IMG/VR virus record: IMGVR_UViG_3300017707_002109
Span: 1-42,901 of that record
Reading direction: 5' to 3' (one strand)
DNA from: a virus
Lineage: Duplodnaviria; Caudoviricetes
Length of the DNA: 42,901 bases
Shown: one piece after another, positions 34,413 through 42,901 of the stretch
Layout of the letters: every line of letters begins with the position of its first letter
Position numbering within the stretch: position 1 is the first letter of the stretch
Translations under genes and position numbers: made by a program
The notes under the pieces: generated by a model
Database searches by the model: none
Told to the model about the DNA's origin: nothing
Seen by the model: only the letters and a program-made list of their open reading frames with translations

Positions 34413-34738
34413 CAGCCGACAACATCGAGTTCATAGAGCGCCACCGTGCCGCCGTCGCCGATCGGCCGCACGTCCATCACCGTGCGCTCGCGCCCGTCGA
34501 CCGTGAGGGAGTCGGTCCCCGAATTCGGCACCTTCACCGCCCATGCCGAGGCCGCGAGCTCGGCCGTGCCGATCTTGACCCGGAAGCTCTGTTGCTCGGC
34601 CGAATTGCCGACCGTCACGGTGGTGCCGGGCACACGCTTGCCCTTGAGCGCGATGGTGGTGCCCTCGCCTTGGCGGGCCAGCGTCATGCTCTCGCCGTGC
34701 GCGGCGACGATGTCTGCGGTGAGGGAAAACAGGCTCAC
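34412..34738 (-). CDS. Head-tail joining/closure protein
   Basis: GAGAGG RBS before GTG 34738; synteny. Confidence 0.65.
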   Translation of the reverse strand: MSLFSLTADIVAAHGESMTLARQGEGTTIALKGKRVPGTTVTVGNSAEQQSFRVKIGTAELAASAWAVKVPNSGTDSLTVDGRERTVMDVRPIGDGGTVALYELDVVG

Positions 34739-34748
34739 GGCGAGCCTC

Positions 34749-35438
34749 TCACCGCGCCGGGTTCCAGTAGGGCACCATGGCGCTGAGGACCTGCGGCAGG
34801 ATGGCCGCATCGCCCATGCTGTCGCCGCCGCCGACGGAATAGCTCGCGCTGGCGAAGTCGGGCACGGCGATCGAGCGCAGCAGCGGATCCCGCTTGCGCG
34901 CCAGCCACTGCGCCTTGACCTGCTCGAGCACCGCCGCCTCGACCAGCGGCGGCACGTCGGTGACGGCGGACCAGCCCGCGTTGAAGACTACGACGATGCC
35001 GGACGAGGACCACAGCGTGGGCTGGCCGGCGGAGAGGCGGCGCAGCCGGCCGGGCTTGGCGTCGATCTGCACGAAGTCGGTGTTGGCCGTGAGCGTCACG
35101 CCATTCTCGACCACCGAGGTGAGGCCGGTCACCGGCACCCGCCACGGCAGGTTGAGGACGTCGCCGCGGCAATATCCCGTCTCGTACCAGGTGGCGGTGA
35201 GGCGCTCGTTGCGGAAGGTCGGTCGCTCGCCGCCGGCGGTCTCGACCAGGCCGCACTCGCGCACCAGCAGCTCGCTCACGCGGTCGATGGCCTTCTCGAT
35301 CTCGGTGTCGTCGCCCGCCACGCCGATGCCCGTCGAGGCGCGGAAGATCGCCGCCGTGGTCAGGCGGCGGTTCGCTTCGCCTGCCGACACCGCCGTGGTG
35401 GTGACGACCAGGTCAGGCCGGTTGGCGAGGCGCGGCAT
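34749..35438 (-). CDS. Head-tail connector (gp6/gp15-like adaptor)
   Basis: LTT....., V.F.AGW....VP..VE.A...RDP.LRS pattern. Confidence 0.75.
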   Translation of the reverse strand: MPRLANRPDLVVTTTAVSAGEANRRLTTAAIFRASTGIGVAGDDTEIEKAIDRVSELLVRECGLVETAGGERPTFRNERLTATWYETGYCRGDVLNLPWRVPVTGLTSVVENGVTLTANTDFVQIDAKPGRLRRLSAGQPTLWSSSGIVVVFNAGWSAVTDVPPLVEAAVLEQVKAQWLARKRDPLLRSIAVPDFASASYSVGGGDSMGDAAILPQVLSAMVPYWNPAR

Positions 35439-35441
35439 GGA

Positions 35442-35702
35442 TCAGCGCTTGGCGTAGGAGCGGCGGCCGCGCGGGCTCTGCGCGGTCTCGGGCGCCGGCG
35501 CGGTGGCGGTCTCGATCGCGGGCACGGGGGCAGCCTCGGGGGCGGCCGCCGGTTCCGGCGCGAGCTCAGGCGCCGCCGGCACGGCTTCGGCATAGCCGCC
35601 GGCGATCAGGCCATTGGCTTCGGCCTCCTCGAGGTCGATGGTCACGCCCGGCCCGGCGCTGCCGCCCGGGCCGGCATACTGCGTCTTCATCCTCACGCGC
35701 AT
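35442..35702 (-). CDS. Small head-region hypothetical protein
   Basis: MRVRM...AGP.....G........EA..LI..GYAE motif; GGAG RBS. Confidence 0.7.
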   Translation of the reverse strand: MRVRMKTQYAGPGGSAGPGVTIDLEEAEANGLIAGGYAEAVPAAPELAPEPAAAPEAAPVPAIETATAPAPETAQSPRGRRSYAKR

Positions 35703-35706
35703 GGCG

Positions 35707-36084
35707 TCACTCCATCACGACGTGGAAGGTGCCGGTTTTCGTGTCGCCGCCGTTGGCGATCGAGATCTTCACCCGGTCTTGAGCGAGCGCGATCTTGTCG
35801 CGCACCGCCTCGCCACCCGAGGCCAGCACCGCCGCCACGCCGGCGATGGTGTGCACCGCCTGGCGCGGCGCCACCGTCTTGGTGGCCGTCACGTTCGCCT
35901 CGGTCCAAAGACCTTCGCCCGTTGCTTCTGCCGTAATGGCAAAATCCACGGTGTCGGCATAGCTGCCGGCGCTCGCCTTCACGTAGTGAATGGCGGAGAT
36001 TCGGCCCGTCAAAACGGGCGAGTAGGCGATGACCGAGCCATCGGCTGCGGTCACCGCCGTGACGATGTGGCGCTCGGCGTACAT
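35707..36084 (-). CDS. Putative virion structural protein
   Basis: Beta-rich ORF in head cluster. Confidence 0.65.
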   Translation of the reverse strand: MYAERHIVTAVTAADGSVIAYSPVLTGRISAIHYVKASAGSYADTVDFAITAEATGEGLWTEANVTATKTVAPRQAVHTIAGVAAVLASGGEAVRDKIALAQDRVKISIANGGDTKTGTFHVVME

Positions 36085-36096
36085 GCGCGGCCCCTG

Positions 36097-36729
36097 CTAG
36101 GCCACGGTGTTGCTGAACGGCGTCACCTCGGAGCCGCTCTGAGTGATGACGCCGCGGACGGCCCACCCATCGGCCGCGATATCCTCGAGCTCGATCCAGT
36201 CGCCGCGCGTCACGCCGCCCATGGTCGTGCCGTTGAGCGTGATGGTGTCGTCGCTGGCTCCCGCCGTCCACGTGCGCGCCGCATCGGTCGCCGAGTCGGT
36301 GATCGAGGCGCCGATGATCGTGCCGCGCATGATGTCGGTGCCCGCCACCGACTTGATGACGTAGTTGGAGGTGTTGACCTCGTCGACCACGAAGCGATAG
36401 CGCCCGCCGCCGCCGGTCGCGGCCGGCATGGTGAGGGTGACCAGGGCATTGCCGCCGGCCTCGCGCAGCACGCAGGTCTTGCCTTCGTGGTCGGCCTCGG
36501 TGATCGCGGCCGTCGCGGTGATGACCACGATGCGCGCGGAGAGGTCGGCGGCGCGGTTGACCTCGGCGGCGGTCGCGGCCACCGCCGTGCCAGCCAGGCG
36601 CAGCTCGGCGCCGCTCTCGAAATCCTGATACCCGCCGGACTCGACCACCTGGGCGCCGCCGCTGGCGATGACCTGGGTGTTGCCGCCGTCCTTGCGATAG
36701 ACCTTGGGGCCGTAAGTTGCGTCGACCAT
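36097..36729 (-). CDS. Putative head fiber/decoration protein
   Basis: KVYR.DGG...VIASGG, ATAAEVN, TLTMPAATG.G..Y.F motifs; AAGGAG RBS. Confidence 0.65.
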   Translation of the reverse strand: MVDATYGPKVYRKDGGNTQVIASGGAQVVESGGYQDFESGAELRLAGTAVAATAAEVNRAADLSARIVVITATAAITEADHEGKTCVLREAGGNALVTLTMPAATGGGGRYRFVVDEVNTSNYVIKSVAGTDIMRGTIIGASITDSATDAARTWTAGASDDTITLNGTTMGGVTRGDWIELEDIAADGWAVRGVITQSGSEVTPFSNTVA

Positions 36730-36820
36730 GGCAAGTCTCCTTTGCTGCGACGTGCCGCCGGGGCTGCCAGGCCCCGGCGCCGTCTAGCGCTATGCGCTCG
36801 GAGTTGAAGGGATGGGCGGC

Positions 36821-37264
36821 CTAAGCCTCGGCCGCCTCGATGATCGTCTCGGAGTCGATGACCGAAGCCGCCTGGCTCTGCGGCTTCTTGGCGGCGCCGT
36901 ACTGGATGGCGATGATGCCGCCCATGACCGCATTCGCGGTGGCGCGGGTGAAGTAGGCGCGCACGTAGCGCTCGCGCGGGCGGTAGACGTCGAGCACCAA
37001 CGCCTTCGAGTCGGCGTTGCTGGCGCCGGCGGTGAACGTGGCATTGCCGGCGAGCGTCGCCATGCCGGTGCCGCTGTTGGCGATGTTCTGCTGCGCCGCC
37101 AGGGTGAGCACCGACGTGTCGGAAACGTCGCCGAGCATGGCGATGAAGACCACGCCTTCGTAGCCCGACATATCGAGGATATCGGACTCGATGGCCGTGG
37201 TGGCCGCGGTGGCCGCCGGCGACACGACGGTGACCTTTACGTCATTGAGAAGAGAAGGATGCAT
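36821..37264 (-). CDS. Putative capsid decoration protein
   Basis: Immediately after MCP; ILDM.GYEGV.F...RYVR beta-sandwich pattern. Confidence 0.65.
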   Translation of the reverse strand: MHPSLLNDVKVTVVSPAATAATTAIESDILDMSGYEGVVFIAMLGDVSDTSVLTLAAQQNIANSGTGMATLAGNATFTAGASNADSKALVLDVYRPRERYVRAYFTRATANAVMGGIIAIQYGAAKKPQSQAASVIDSETIIEAAEA

Positions 37265-37299
37265 GGGATGCCCCAATGGAGAGAGTGGAAGATGGATGC

Positions 37300-37327
37300 G
37301 AAAACGGCCGCCGAAGCGGCCGTTTTC
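37300..37327 (-). terminator. Hairpin/terminator after major capsid gene
   Basis: GAAAACGGCCGC-TTCG-GCGGCCGTTTTC on the minus strand. Confidence 0.75.
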
Positions 37328-37351
37328 ATCGGGTCGGTTGAGCCTGGCGGA

Positions 37352-38569
37352 CTAGGCCAGCTTCACGCGGGCGAAGGCCTCGGCGAGCACCGGCATGCCG
37401 TCGCTCTCCATGCGGCCGATGAAGCCGTCCTGGTTGGTCGCGGCATAGAGCTCGACCAGGCGCTGGACCTGCATGTCGAGCGCGTCGGCGATCCAGTAGT
37501 TGGAGAAGTCGCCGAACATGCCGACATAGAGGCCGGTGGTGAAGGTGTTGGGCGCGAACTCGCTCACCATCAGCGGGCGGCCGAGCAGCGTGTCGGGCTC
37601 GCCGTCGCGGACGGACATGCGCCAGAGGTACTGGCCCTCGCCGTCCTTCAGCTTGGTGATGTTCTTCACCGCGTCGCGGTGGAACAGCCAGTCGGCCTTG
37701 GGCCAGTAGGCGGCCTTGACCGAGAACTTGGCCTCGATCAGCCCGTCGAAGCCGATCGCCGTCGTGGTGTTGCCGGTCGAGACGTCGCGGGCGGTGCTGA
37801 TGCCATCCGAGCTTGCGGTGAAGACGCCGAGCGGCTGTCCGGCGCCGGAGCCGGTCAGGAAGGCCTTCTCCTGGGTGACGCCGAACTTGTAGGCCATCCG
37901 CTGGAGGATGATCTGCTCGATCGGCAGGGCCGAGACCCGCATCAGCTTCTTGCTGACCTTGATCAGCTTGGCCACCGGCGTCGGCGACAGCTCGCGCTTG
38001 CCGAAGCGCATGGCGGTGTCTTCCGAGCCCGTGCCGAGCTCGACCGTCCAGTCGGCGTCGTTGAGGTCGGTGTCGAGCGTCGGCACACCGAGCGACGTCG
38101 CCTTCTCGAGCGGGAACTTGCGGGCCCGTTCGCGGATGAAGGTCTGGTCGTCCACCGCCTTGATGAGCTCGGCAACGAACTGCTGCGGCGCCACGAGATA
38201 GCCACCCTCGGCCGAGTTGCCGGCCTGCAGGGCGCGGAACTCCTCGGCACCCTCGCCCGTCACCTGGCCGGTGGCGAGATAGGTGCGGAAGCCCTTCATC
38301 GCCCGCTTCTCGGGCGTGTCGGCCTTGTCGTTCTTGTCGTCGCGGTTCTGGATCTCGCGCGACGCGGTCTGGCGGTCGACCTCGATCTGGCGCTCCTCGG
38401 CCTCGATCTGCAGCCGCAAGCCGTCCACGGTCTTGTAGATCGTGCCGTGCTTGTCGAGCTCCTCGGCCGTCAGGTCGCGCTTCTCCTTCTCCGCCAACTC
38501 GGTGATCGCACGCATGTTGACGACGGCTTCGCCCCGCTTTTCACGCAGGGCCTTCAGACGATCGCTCAT
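37352..38569 (-). CDS. Major capsid protein (HK97 fold, with delta domain)
   Basis: N-terminal coiled coil, GGYLVAP, FLTGSG.GQP.G, LKD.EGQYLW, TLLGRP, FGDFS.Y. Confidence 0.96.
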   Translation of the reverse strand: MSDRLKALREKRGEAVVNMRAITELAEKEKRDLTAEELDKHGTIYKTVDGLRLQIEAEERQIEVDRQTASREIQNRDDKNDKADTPEKRAMKGFRTYLATGQVTGEGAEEFRALQAGNSAEGGYLVAPQQFVAELIKAVDDQTFIRERARKFPLEKATSLGVPTLDTDLNDADWTVELGTGSEDTAMRFGKRELSPTPVAKLIKVSKKLMRVSALPIEQIILQRMAYKFGVTQEKAFLTGSGAGQPLGVFTASSDGISTARDVSTGNTTTAIGFDGLIEAKFSVKAAYWPKADWLFHRDAVKNITKLKDGEGQYLWRMSVRDGEPDTLLGRPLMVSEFAPNTFTTGLYVGMFGDFSNYWIADALDMQVQRLVELYAATNQDGFIGRMESDGMPVLAEAFARVKLA

Positions 38570-38629
38570 AGTTGAGCCTCCTGTTAAGCCGGAAGACCGC
38601 CGGCGCGGGCCGCCCTGCGGGCGGTGTCT

Positions 38630-39217
38630 CTAGATGGCTGCTTCCAGCTCTCGCGCCCGCAGCAGGCGGGACGGGATGGCGGGCGGGACGATCAGCGAGG
38701 TTTCCCAGGCACGCATCTCGCGCACCGCGATGTCGGTCTGGCGGTAGGCCGGGAAGGTGACGGGCGAGACGTCGAACAGGCGCAGCTTCTTCAGCGTCCG
38801 CACGACCTGGCCCTCTTCGTCCTTCGCCCAGTCCTGGCCGCCGGGGCGAACCGAGAAGCCGAACGACATCTGGCTGACGTCGCCCCGTTCGATCGGCGCC
38901 GCCACCAGGTCGCGGATGGTCTGGGTGTCGGGCAGGTCGATCTCGATGGCGAGGCCACGGGTGTCTTCCGACATCCGGAGCGTGCCGGAGAGGTTGCGGC
39001 CCAGCACGAAGTTGGAATCGTGGTTGAACAGGGCGCGGACGTCGTCCTTCTCGATCGCCTCGGCGAAGGCGCCGGGCGAGATCTGTTCGCGGAAGCCGCC
39101 GAGGTTCTCGCTCAGCGAATTGAACACGGCGGCATGGCCGACGAGCCGCGGGGCCTTGCCCTCGCGCTTCTCGATCTTCAGGCCCTCGACCTTGAAGGTG
39201 CGGGTCTCACGCTCCAT
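38630..39217 (-). CDS. HK97-family prohead protease
   Basis: GHAAVFNS.S..LGGF.E.I.PGAF, ALFNHD...LGR, MSFGF, L.DVSPVT.PAY. Confidence 0.95.
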   Translation of the reverse strand: MERETRTFKVEGLKIEKREGKAPRLVGHAAVFNSLSENLGGFREQISPGAFAEAIEKDDVRALFNHDSNFVLGRNLSGTLRMSEDTRGLAIEIDLPDTQTIRDLVAAPIERGDVSQMSFGFSVRPGGQDWAKDEEGQVVRTLKKLRLFDVSPVTFPAYRQTDIAVREMRAWETSLIVPPAIPSRLLRARELEAAI

Positions 39218-40487
39218 TGGGATCTCCTTCGCTGGGCGCGGCCTTGCCACGCATCAGGACTTCCATGATTTTCGACGCCGGCGCGTAGGCCAGCGGGTGC
39301 AGGCGCTCGTCGCCGCCGTCGATCGGCGGCAGGTTCTCGCGGCGGCGGACCTCGTTGATGGTGACGACGCCCCACTGGACGAGGAGCGCGTAGCCCTCCA
39401 TGCGGGTCTTGAAGTCGCCGCGCAGCAGGCCGTCGGCATTGAACTCGAAGTAGAAGCGCTCGCGCATCGCCGTCGACATGAGGGCGCGGTTGAGCGCCTG
39501 CTCCCAGACGACGAACTTCGGCCGCATGTGATAGACGACAAAGCCGATCGACATCTGCTCGATGCCGGTGCCGAAGCTGGTCTGCTTCGTGGTCTCGCCG
39601 ATCATGTGCAGCGGCGTGCCGTAGACGCGGGCGACGTCAGCAATCGCGCCGGCATAGGTCTCGATGACCTGCGCCGAATCATTGTCGATGCCGAGCTTGA
39701 CCAGGTCGAGGTCGCCGCGCAGCACGCCGACGCGGTGGGCGTTGGCGAGGCCGCCGTGCTTCTGCTCGAACTGCTCGCGCAGCTGGTCGATCTGGGTGTC
39801 GCTGAGGCCCGACTTGCCGGTCTTCAGGAACGATTTCGGGATGGCGTTGTTGGAGAAGAAGCGCGCCAGGTATTCGCCGGTCGCCTTGGCGAGGCCGATG
39901 GTGTTGCGGTGGCGCTCGACGCGGGACTGGCCGCTGATCAGGTCGCGCTTGAAGGGCTTGTCGCGGAGATGCAGGACCTCGCCCGCCGTCAGGATCCGGG
40001 GCGGCCGGCCGTCGCTCGGCTGGAAACGATAGGCTACCTTGCCCGACTGCAGGCGAAACCCGCGGCACTCCAGTGGATGCATGGGCAGCAGCGCCTCGGG
40101 CGAGCCGTCGCCGCGCCAGACGATCTCGGCATAGGCGTTGCCGTGCGTCAGGCGCCAGCCTTCCAGCATCTGGCGGAACTCGGCCGAGGTCTGGAAGTCG
40201 TTGGGCGTGTCGTGCAGCAGCTTGTGCAGCGGCATCTCGGGCCGGCGCTCGCCCTGGCCGGCCTTGGTGCGCTCGAAGAGATCGAGCGGGATGGTGGCCA
40301 GCGTGTCCTCGGCCAGCGAGATACAGGCATCGACGACGGGCACCTCGCGCGCGTTCTCGGGCGTGACCGAGACGCCGGCGGTGGTGCCGGAGCCCAGGCC
40401 GAACAGCTCGGCCAGCGCGGGATCGCCCGGCCGCAACGAGGCCGAGCGGCTTTCTCGGCCCCCGAAGATCCGGCGAAACAATCCCAT
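39207..40487 (-). CDS. Portal protein (HK97 family)
   Basis: V.ACI......A.IPL, LH..PN.FQT, GNAYA.I, FF.N.A.P, LLRGD..TR, TINEVR..ENLPP..GGD. Confidence 0.95.
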   Translation of the reverse strand: MGLFRRIFGGRESRSASLRPGDPALAELFGLGSGTTAGVSVTPENAREVPVVDACISLAEDTLATIPLDLFERTKAGQGERRPEMPLHKLLHDTPNDFQTSAEFRQMLEGWRLTHGNAYAEIVWRGDGSPEALLPMHPLECRGFRLQSGKVAYRFQPSDGRPPRILTAGEVLHLRDKPFKRDLISGQSRVERHRNTIGLAKATGEYLARFFSNNAIPKSFLKTGKSGLSDTQIDQLREQFEQKHGGLANAHRVGVLRGDLDLVKLGIDNDSAQVIETYAGAIADVARVYGTPLHMIGETTKQTSFGTGIEQMSIGFVVYHMRPKFVVWEQALNRALMSTAMRERFYFEFNADGLLRGDFKTRMEGYALLVQWGVVTINEVRRRENLPPIDGGDERLHPLAYAPASKIMEVLMRGKAAPSEGDPNGA

Positions 40488-40498
40488 CCGCTGCTCCG

Positions 40499-42196
40499 CT
40501 AAAAGACTTGGCGGCCTTCCTCGAGCATCTGGCCGATGTTCTCGCGGGGCAGCGGGTTCAGTTCCATCACCGACAGCGCGTCGAGCGCGGCCATCAGCGG
40601 ATCGATCTTGCCGGTGCCGGAGCCCTGCTTGGTGATCAGCTTGGCGCTGCCCCTGGGCTCGATCTTGGCGTTGCCGACGCAGTAGGCCATCAGCGCCTGG
40701 CCGCCGTGGACCAGGGTGCCGTCGGCGAGCGCGCGTTCGGCGGTCATGATGGCGCCCGATAGACGCCAGCCCTGCGAGATGCCGACGATCTGCTCGCGCA
40801 GCACGCCACCCTGCAGCAGCGCCTCGACCAGGCCACCGAGTCCGGCGGGGTCGACGCCGACCGCGTTCTTGTCGGGCAGAAGCCCGCTCATCACCACCTG
40901 GTCGGCGATGTCGGCGACCTCTTCCATGTCATCGCCGAGCTCGGTGATGATCGTCATCTCGCCCGCCTTCTCGAACTGGCGGAACTTCGGGGCGTCCTCC
41001 TGGCGGAGCTTCAGCACCGATTCGTGGCACCAGGCGTGCGTCCACAGCAGCCGGCGCCGAGTGCGCTTTTCGCGGCCCATGACGGCGAGACCGAGAAGAT
41101 CGTCCAGGCCGCCGCCGTCGCCGCCCATGGTGACGGCTTCGGACCGGTTCAGCAGCTCCTCGAGCGAGACCAGAGTCTCGTCGGTCGCCTGCTCCCAGTA
41201 GTCGGCACCGCGCCAGCGCGCGGAGTGCAGCGCCAGGCCGATCTCGATGTTGAGGTGCTGCGACGCCCAGGTGCGGACGTCCTTCTCGTCCTTGAGCTTG
41301 GCCTCCTCGTAATCGGAAACCAGCCGCGGCAGGCGGATCGAGCGGTCGAGGTTGGGCGTCACCAGGTGCCAGTTGGCCGGGTTGGTCCAGAAGGTGCGGT
41401 CCTTCTGCTGCGCCTCGGTGAACTCGTAGAGCACCGGCAGCGTGTCGACCCGAGCCTTGCCGTCGCGAATCGCGCGCGCCAGCATCAGCTCGTCGTAGAA
41501 GACACCGGCCGGCGTGTCGAACGACTGGGTGGTGATCATGGCGAAGAACGCCTCGGGCACCGTCACCATGCCGCCGCGCAGCTGCTGGATGATCCAGGCG
41601 GCGCGCGGCTTGCGGCCGAGGAGATGGATCTCGTCGATCGCGGCCGCGGCGACCACGGCGCCGGTCACGATGTCCTCGTCGAAGGTCTTCACCTTCAGCA
41701 GGGCCTCGTTGGTGCGGTCGGTGATCGTCTTGGTGTGGTTGGCGATATGGAAGCGCTTCTGGAGGTAGTTTTCCGGGTCGTTGGCGATCATGCCCTTGAT
41801 GGTCGCGAAGCCCTTCTCGGTGATCTCCTGGCTGGGGCCCGTCAGCAACATCTCGGCCGAGGGGCGCTGGTTCATCACCAGGCCCGTCAGCATCAGGCCG
41901 GCGGCGTTGGTGGTCTTGGCGTTCTTCTTCGGCACCATGCAGAAGAGGCCGCGGACGTGGCGGATGCCGGTCGCGGCGTCGATCGAGCCGAAGATGGCGC
42001 GCACGATGTCGCGCCACCACTCGCCCGCGACCTCGGCCATCGCCGGGTTGCCGATGACGTCGTAGAGGCGGAGCTTGTTGAAGATGCCGACGGCGCGGGC
42101 GGCGATGGCGGCGTCCAGCGGCAGCTTCGGAACCAGCGAGCGGCCCTCGCGCAGCCGGGCTTCCCAGTCCGGGCACGAGAGGTCCCACGTTTCCAT
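40499..42196 (-). CDS. terL: Terminase large subunit
   Basis: VPKKNAKTT Walker A, IDEIH Walker B, ITTQS coupling motif, GGDGGGLDDLLG and KIDPLMA nuclease motifs. Confidence 0.96.
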   Translation of the reverse strand: METWDLSCPDWEARLREGRSLVPKLPLDAAIAARAVGIFNKLRLYDVIGNPAMAEVAGEWWRDIVRAIFGSIDAATGIRHVRGLFCMVPKKNAKTTNAAGLMLTGLVMNQRPSAEMLLTGPSQEITEKGFATIKGMIANDPENYLQKRFHIANHTKTITDRTNEALLKVKTFDEDIVTGAVVAAAAIDEIHLLGRKPRAAWIIQQLRGGMVTVPEAFFAMITTQSFDTPAGVFYDELMLARAIRDGKARVDTLPVLYEFTEAQQKDRTFWTNPANWHLVTPNLDRSIRLPRLVSDYEEAKLKDEKDVRTWASQHLNIEIGLALHSARWRGADYWEQATDETLVSLEELLNRSEAVTMGGDGGGLDDLLGLAVMGREKRTRRRLLWTHAWCHESVLKLRQEDAPKFRQFEKAGEMTIITELGDDMEEVADIADQVVMSGLLPDKNAVGVDPAGLGGLVEALLQGGVLREQIVGISQGWRLSGAIMTAERALADGTLVHGGQALMAYCVGNAKIEPRGSAKLITKQGSGTGKIDPLMAALDALSVMELNPLPRENIGQMLEEGRQVF

Positions 42197-42198
42197 GG

Positions 42199-42828
42199 TC
42201 AGTGGGCAGGCGTCGTCAGCTCGGCCCAGCTGGTGCCGACTTCGGCGGTCCTCGCGTCGACCACGGCCTGCGCCTTCTTGCCGAGATCGGGAACTTCCGG
42301 CCTCGGTGCCGCCGGCGGCGCCACCTTGGACGTGATGTCCAGCAGCTTGACCGAGGCACCCGTGCGACCGGCGCGGGAACTGCGCTCGAGGTCGCGCAGC
42401 ACCTGGGTGCGAACCTTGTCGGCGCCGTACTGCATCTCGTCGGCGAAGTGCTTGCGCAGCGTCTCCCGGGCGATTCCGAGCTGCTGCGCCATGCGCTCCT
42501 CCGACCAGTCGTCGGCGGCCCAGAGGCGAACGTCGTCGCGCTGGCGCTGGCTCGGTTCGAACTCCGGCCGCCCGACGGGTCGCGGGATCTCGACGACCTG
42601 GTGGGCCCCGCCCAGCGCGAGCTGCTGCTCGGCCGGCGGCTCGACCTTCAGCTCCTCGGCGAAGTGCTTCCGCAGCGTGTTGCGCGAAACGCCGATCGCC
42701 TGGGCGACCGCGCCGATGGACTTGCCCTCGGTCTTCAGCCGGCGCACAAGCGCGCGTTGATCATCCGTAGGTTTGTACTCAGGACGACCACCAGTCCGGC
42801 GAGGCGTCTCTTGTCCAGAAACGTCCAT
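42199..42828 (-). CDS. terS: Terminase small subunit with duplicated HTH
   Basis: GGAG RBS before ATG 42828; two GRP...P...R..V.......A..IG....TLRKHF..E units; LGKK...A C-terminus; upstream of terL. Confidence 0.8.
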   Translation of the reverse strand: MDVSGQETPRRTGGRPEYKPTDDQRALVRRLKTEGKSIGAVAQAIGVSRNTLRKHFAEELKVEPPAEQQLALGGAHQVVEIPRPVGRPEFEPSQRQRDDVRLWAADDWSEERMAQQLGIARETLRKHFADEMQYGADKVRTQVLRDLERSSRAGRTGASVKLLDITSKVAPPAAPRPEVPDLGKKAQAVVDARTAEVGTSWAELTTPAH

Positions 42829-42901
42829 CAATAACTCCAACTGATAGCGACACCCCCGCCCACAAATCTCCGCCCCAGAAAAAAAACCTCCGGATGCCAC
42901 C

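Overview
The window appears to be a complete or nearly complete ~42.9-kb GC-rich temperate siphophage genome with an HK97-type head. It is opened at or near the packaging (cos) region: the HNH gene is at the left end and terS at the right end. It is in the excised form, because only the 3' half of a tRNA-Glu(CTC) (the attP core) lies next to the integrase, with phage genes on both sides. The host is inferred to be an alphaproteobacterium from a GapR/DUF2312 homolog, a GAAC-N7-GAAC LexA box, TTAA-N7-TTAA boxes and a suhB/MmgR-like sRNA motif. The early-left arm (minus strand, 9491->119) carries cro, a CII-like gene, a TetR-like gene, three DNA methyltransferases, a DUF1376 replication protein, a putative late regulator and HNH. 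cI and the early-right arm (plus strand, 9576->17577) carry DUF6948, a Gly-X repeat protein, GapR, DUF5131, DUF4326, ASCH, xis and int. attP and small accessory genes follow. The late operon (minus strand, 42828->18583) covers packaging, head, tail, receptor-binding and lysis genes. The most notable observations are: twin early promoters embedded in 11-bp-phased CtrA-like boxes; an N4-C/N6-A methyltransferase interrupted exactly at a G9 tract (possible phase variation); a phage-borne suhB/MmgR-like sRNA; a LexA-boxed Zn-finger gene beside attP; an 80-unit hexamer Gly-X repeat protein; and antisense morons inserted in the early operon. All family calls come from motif recognition by eye; no database search was run.
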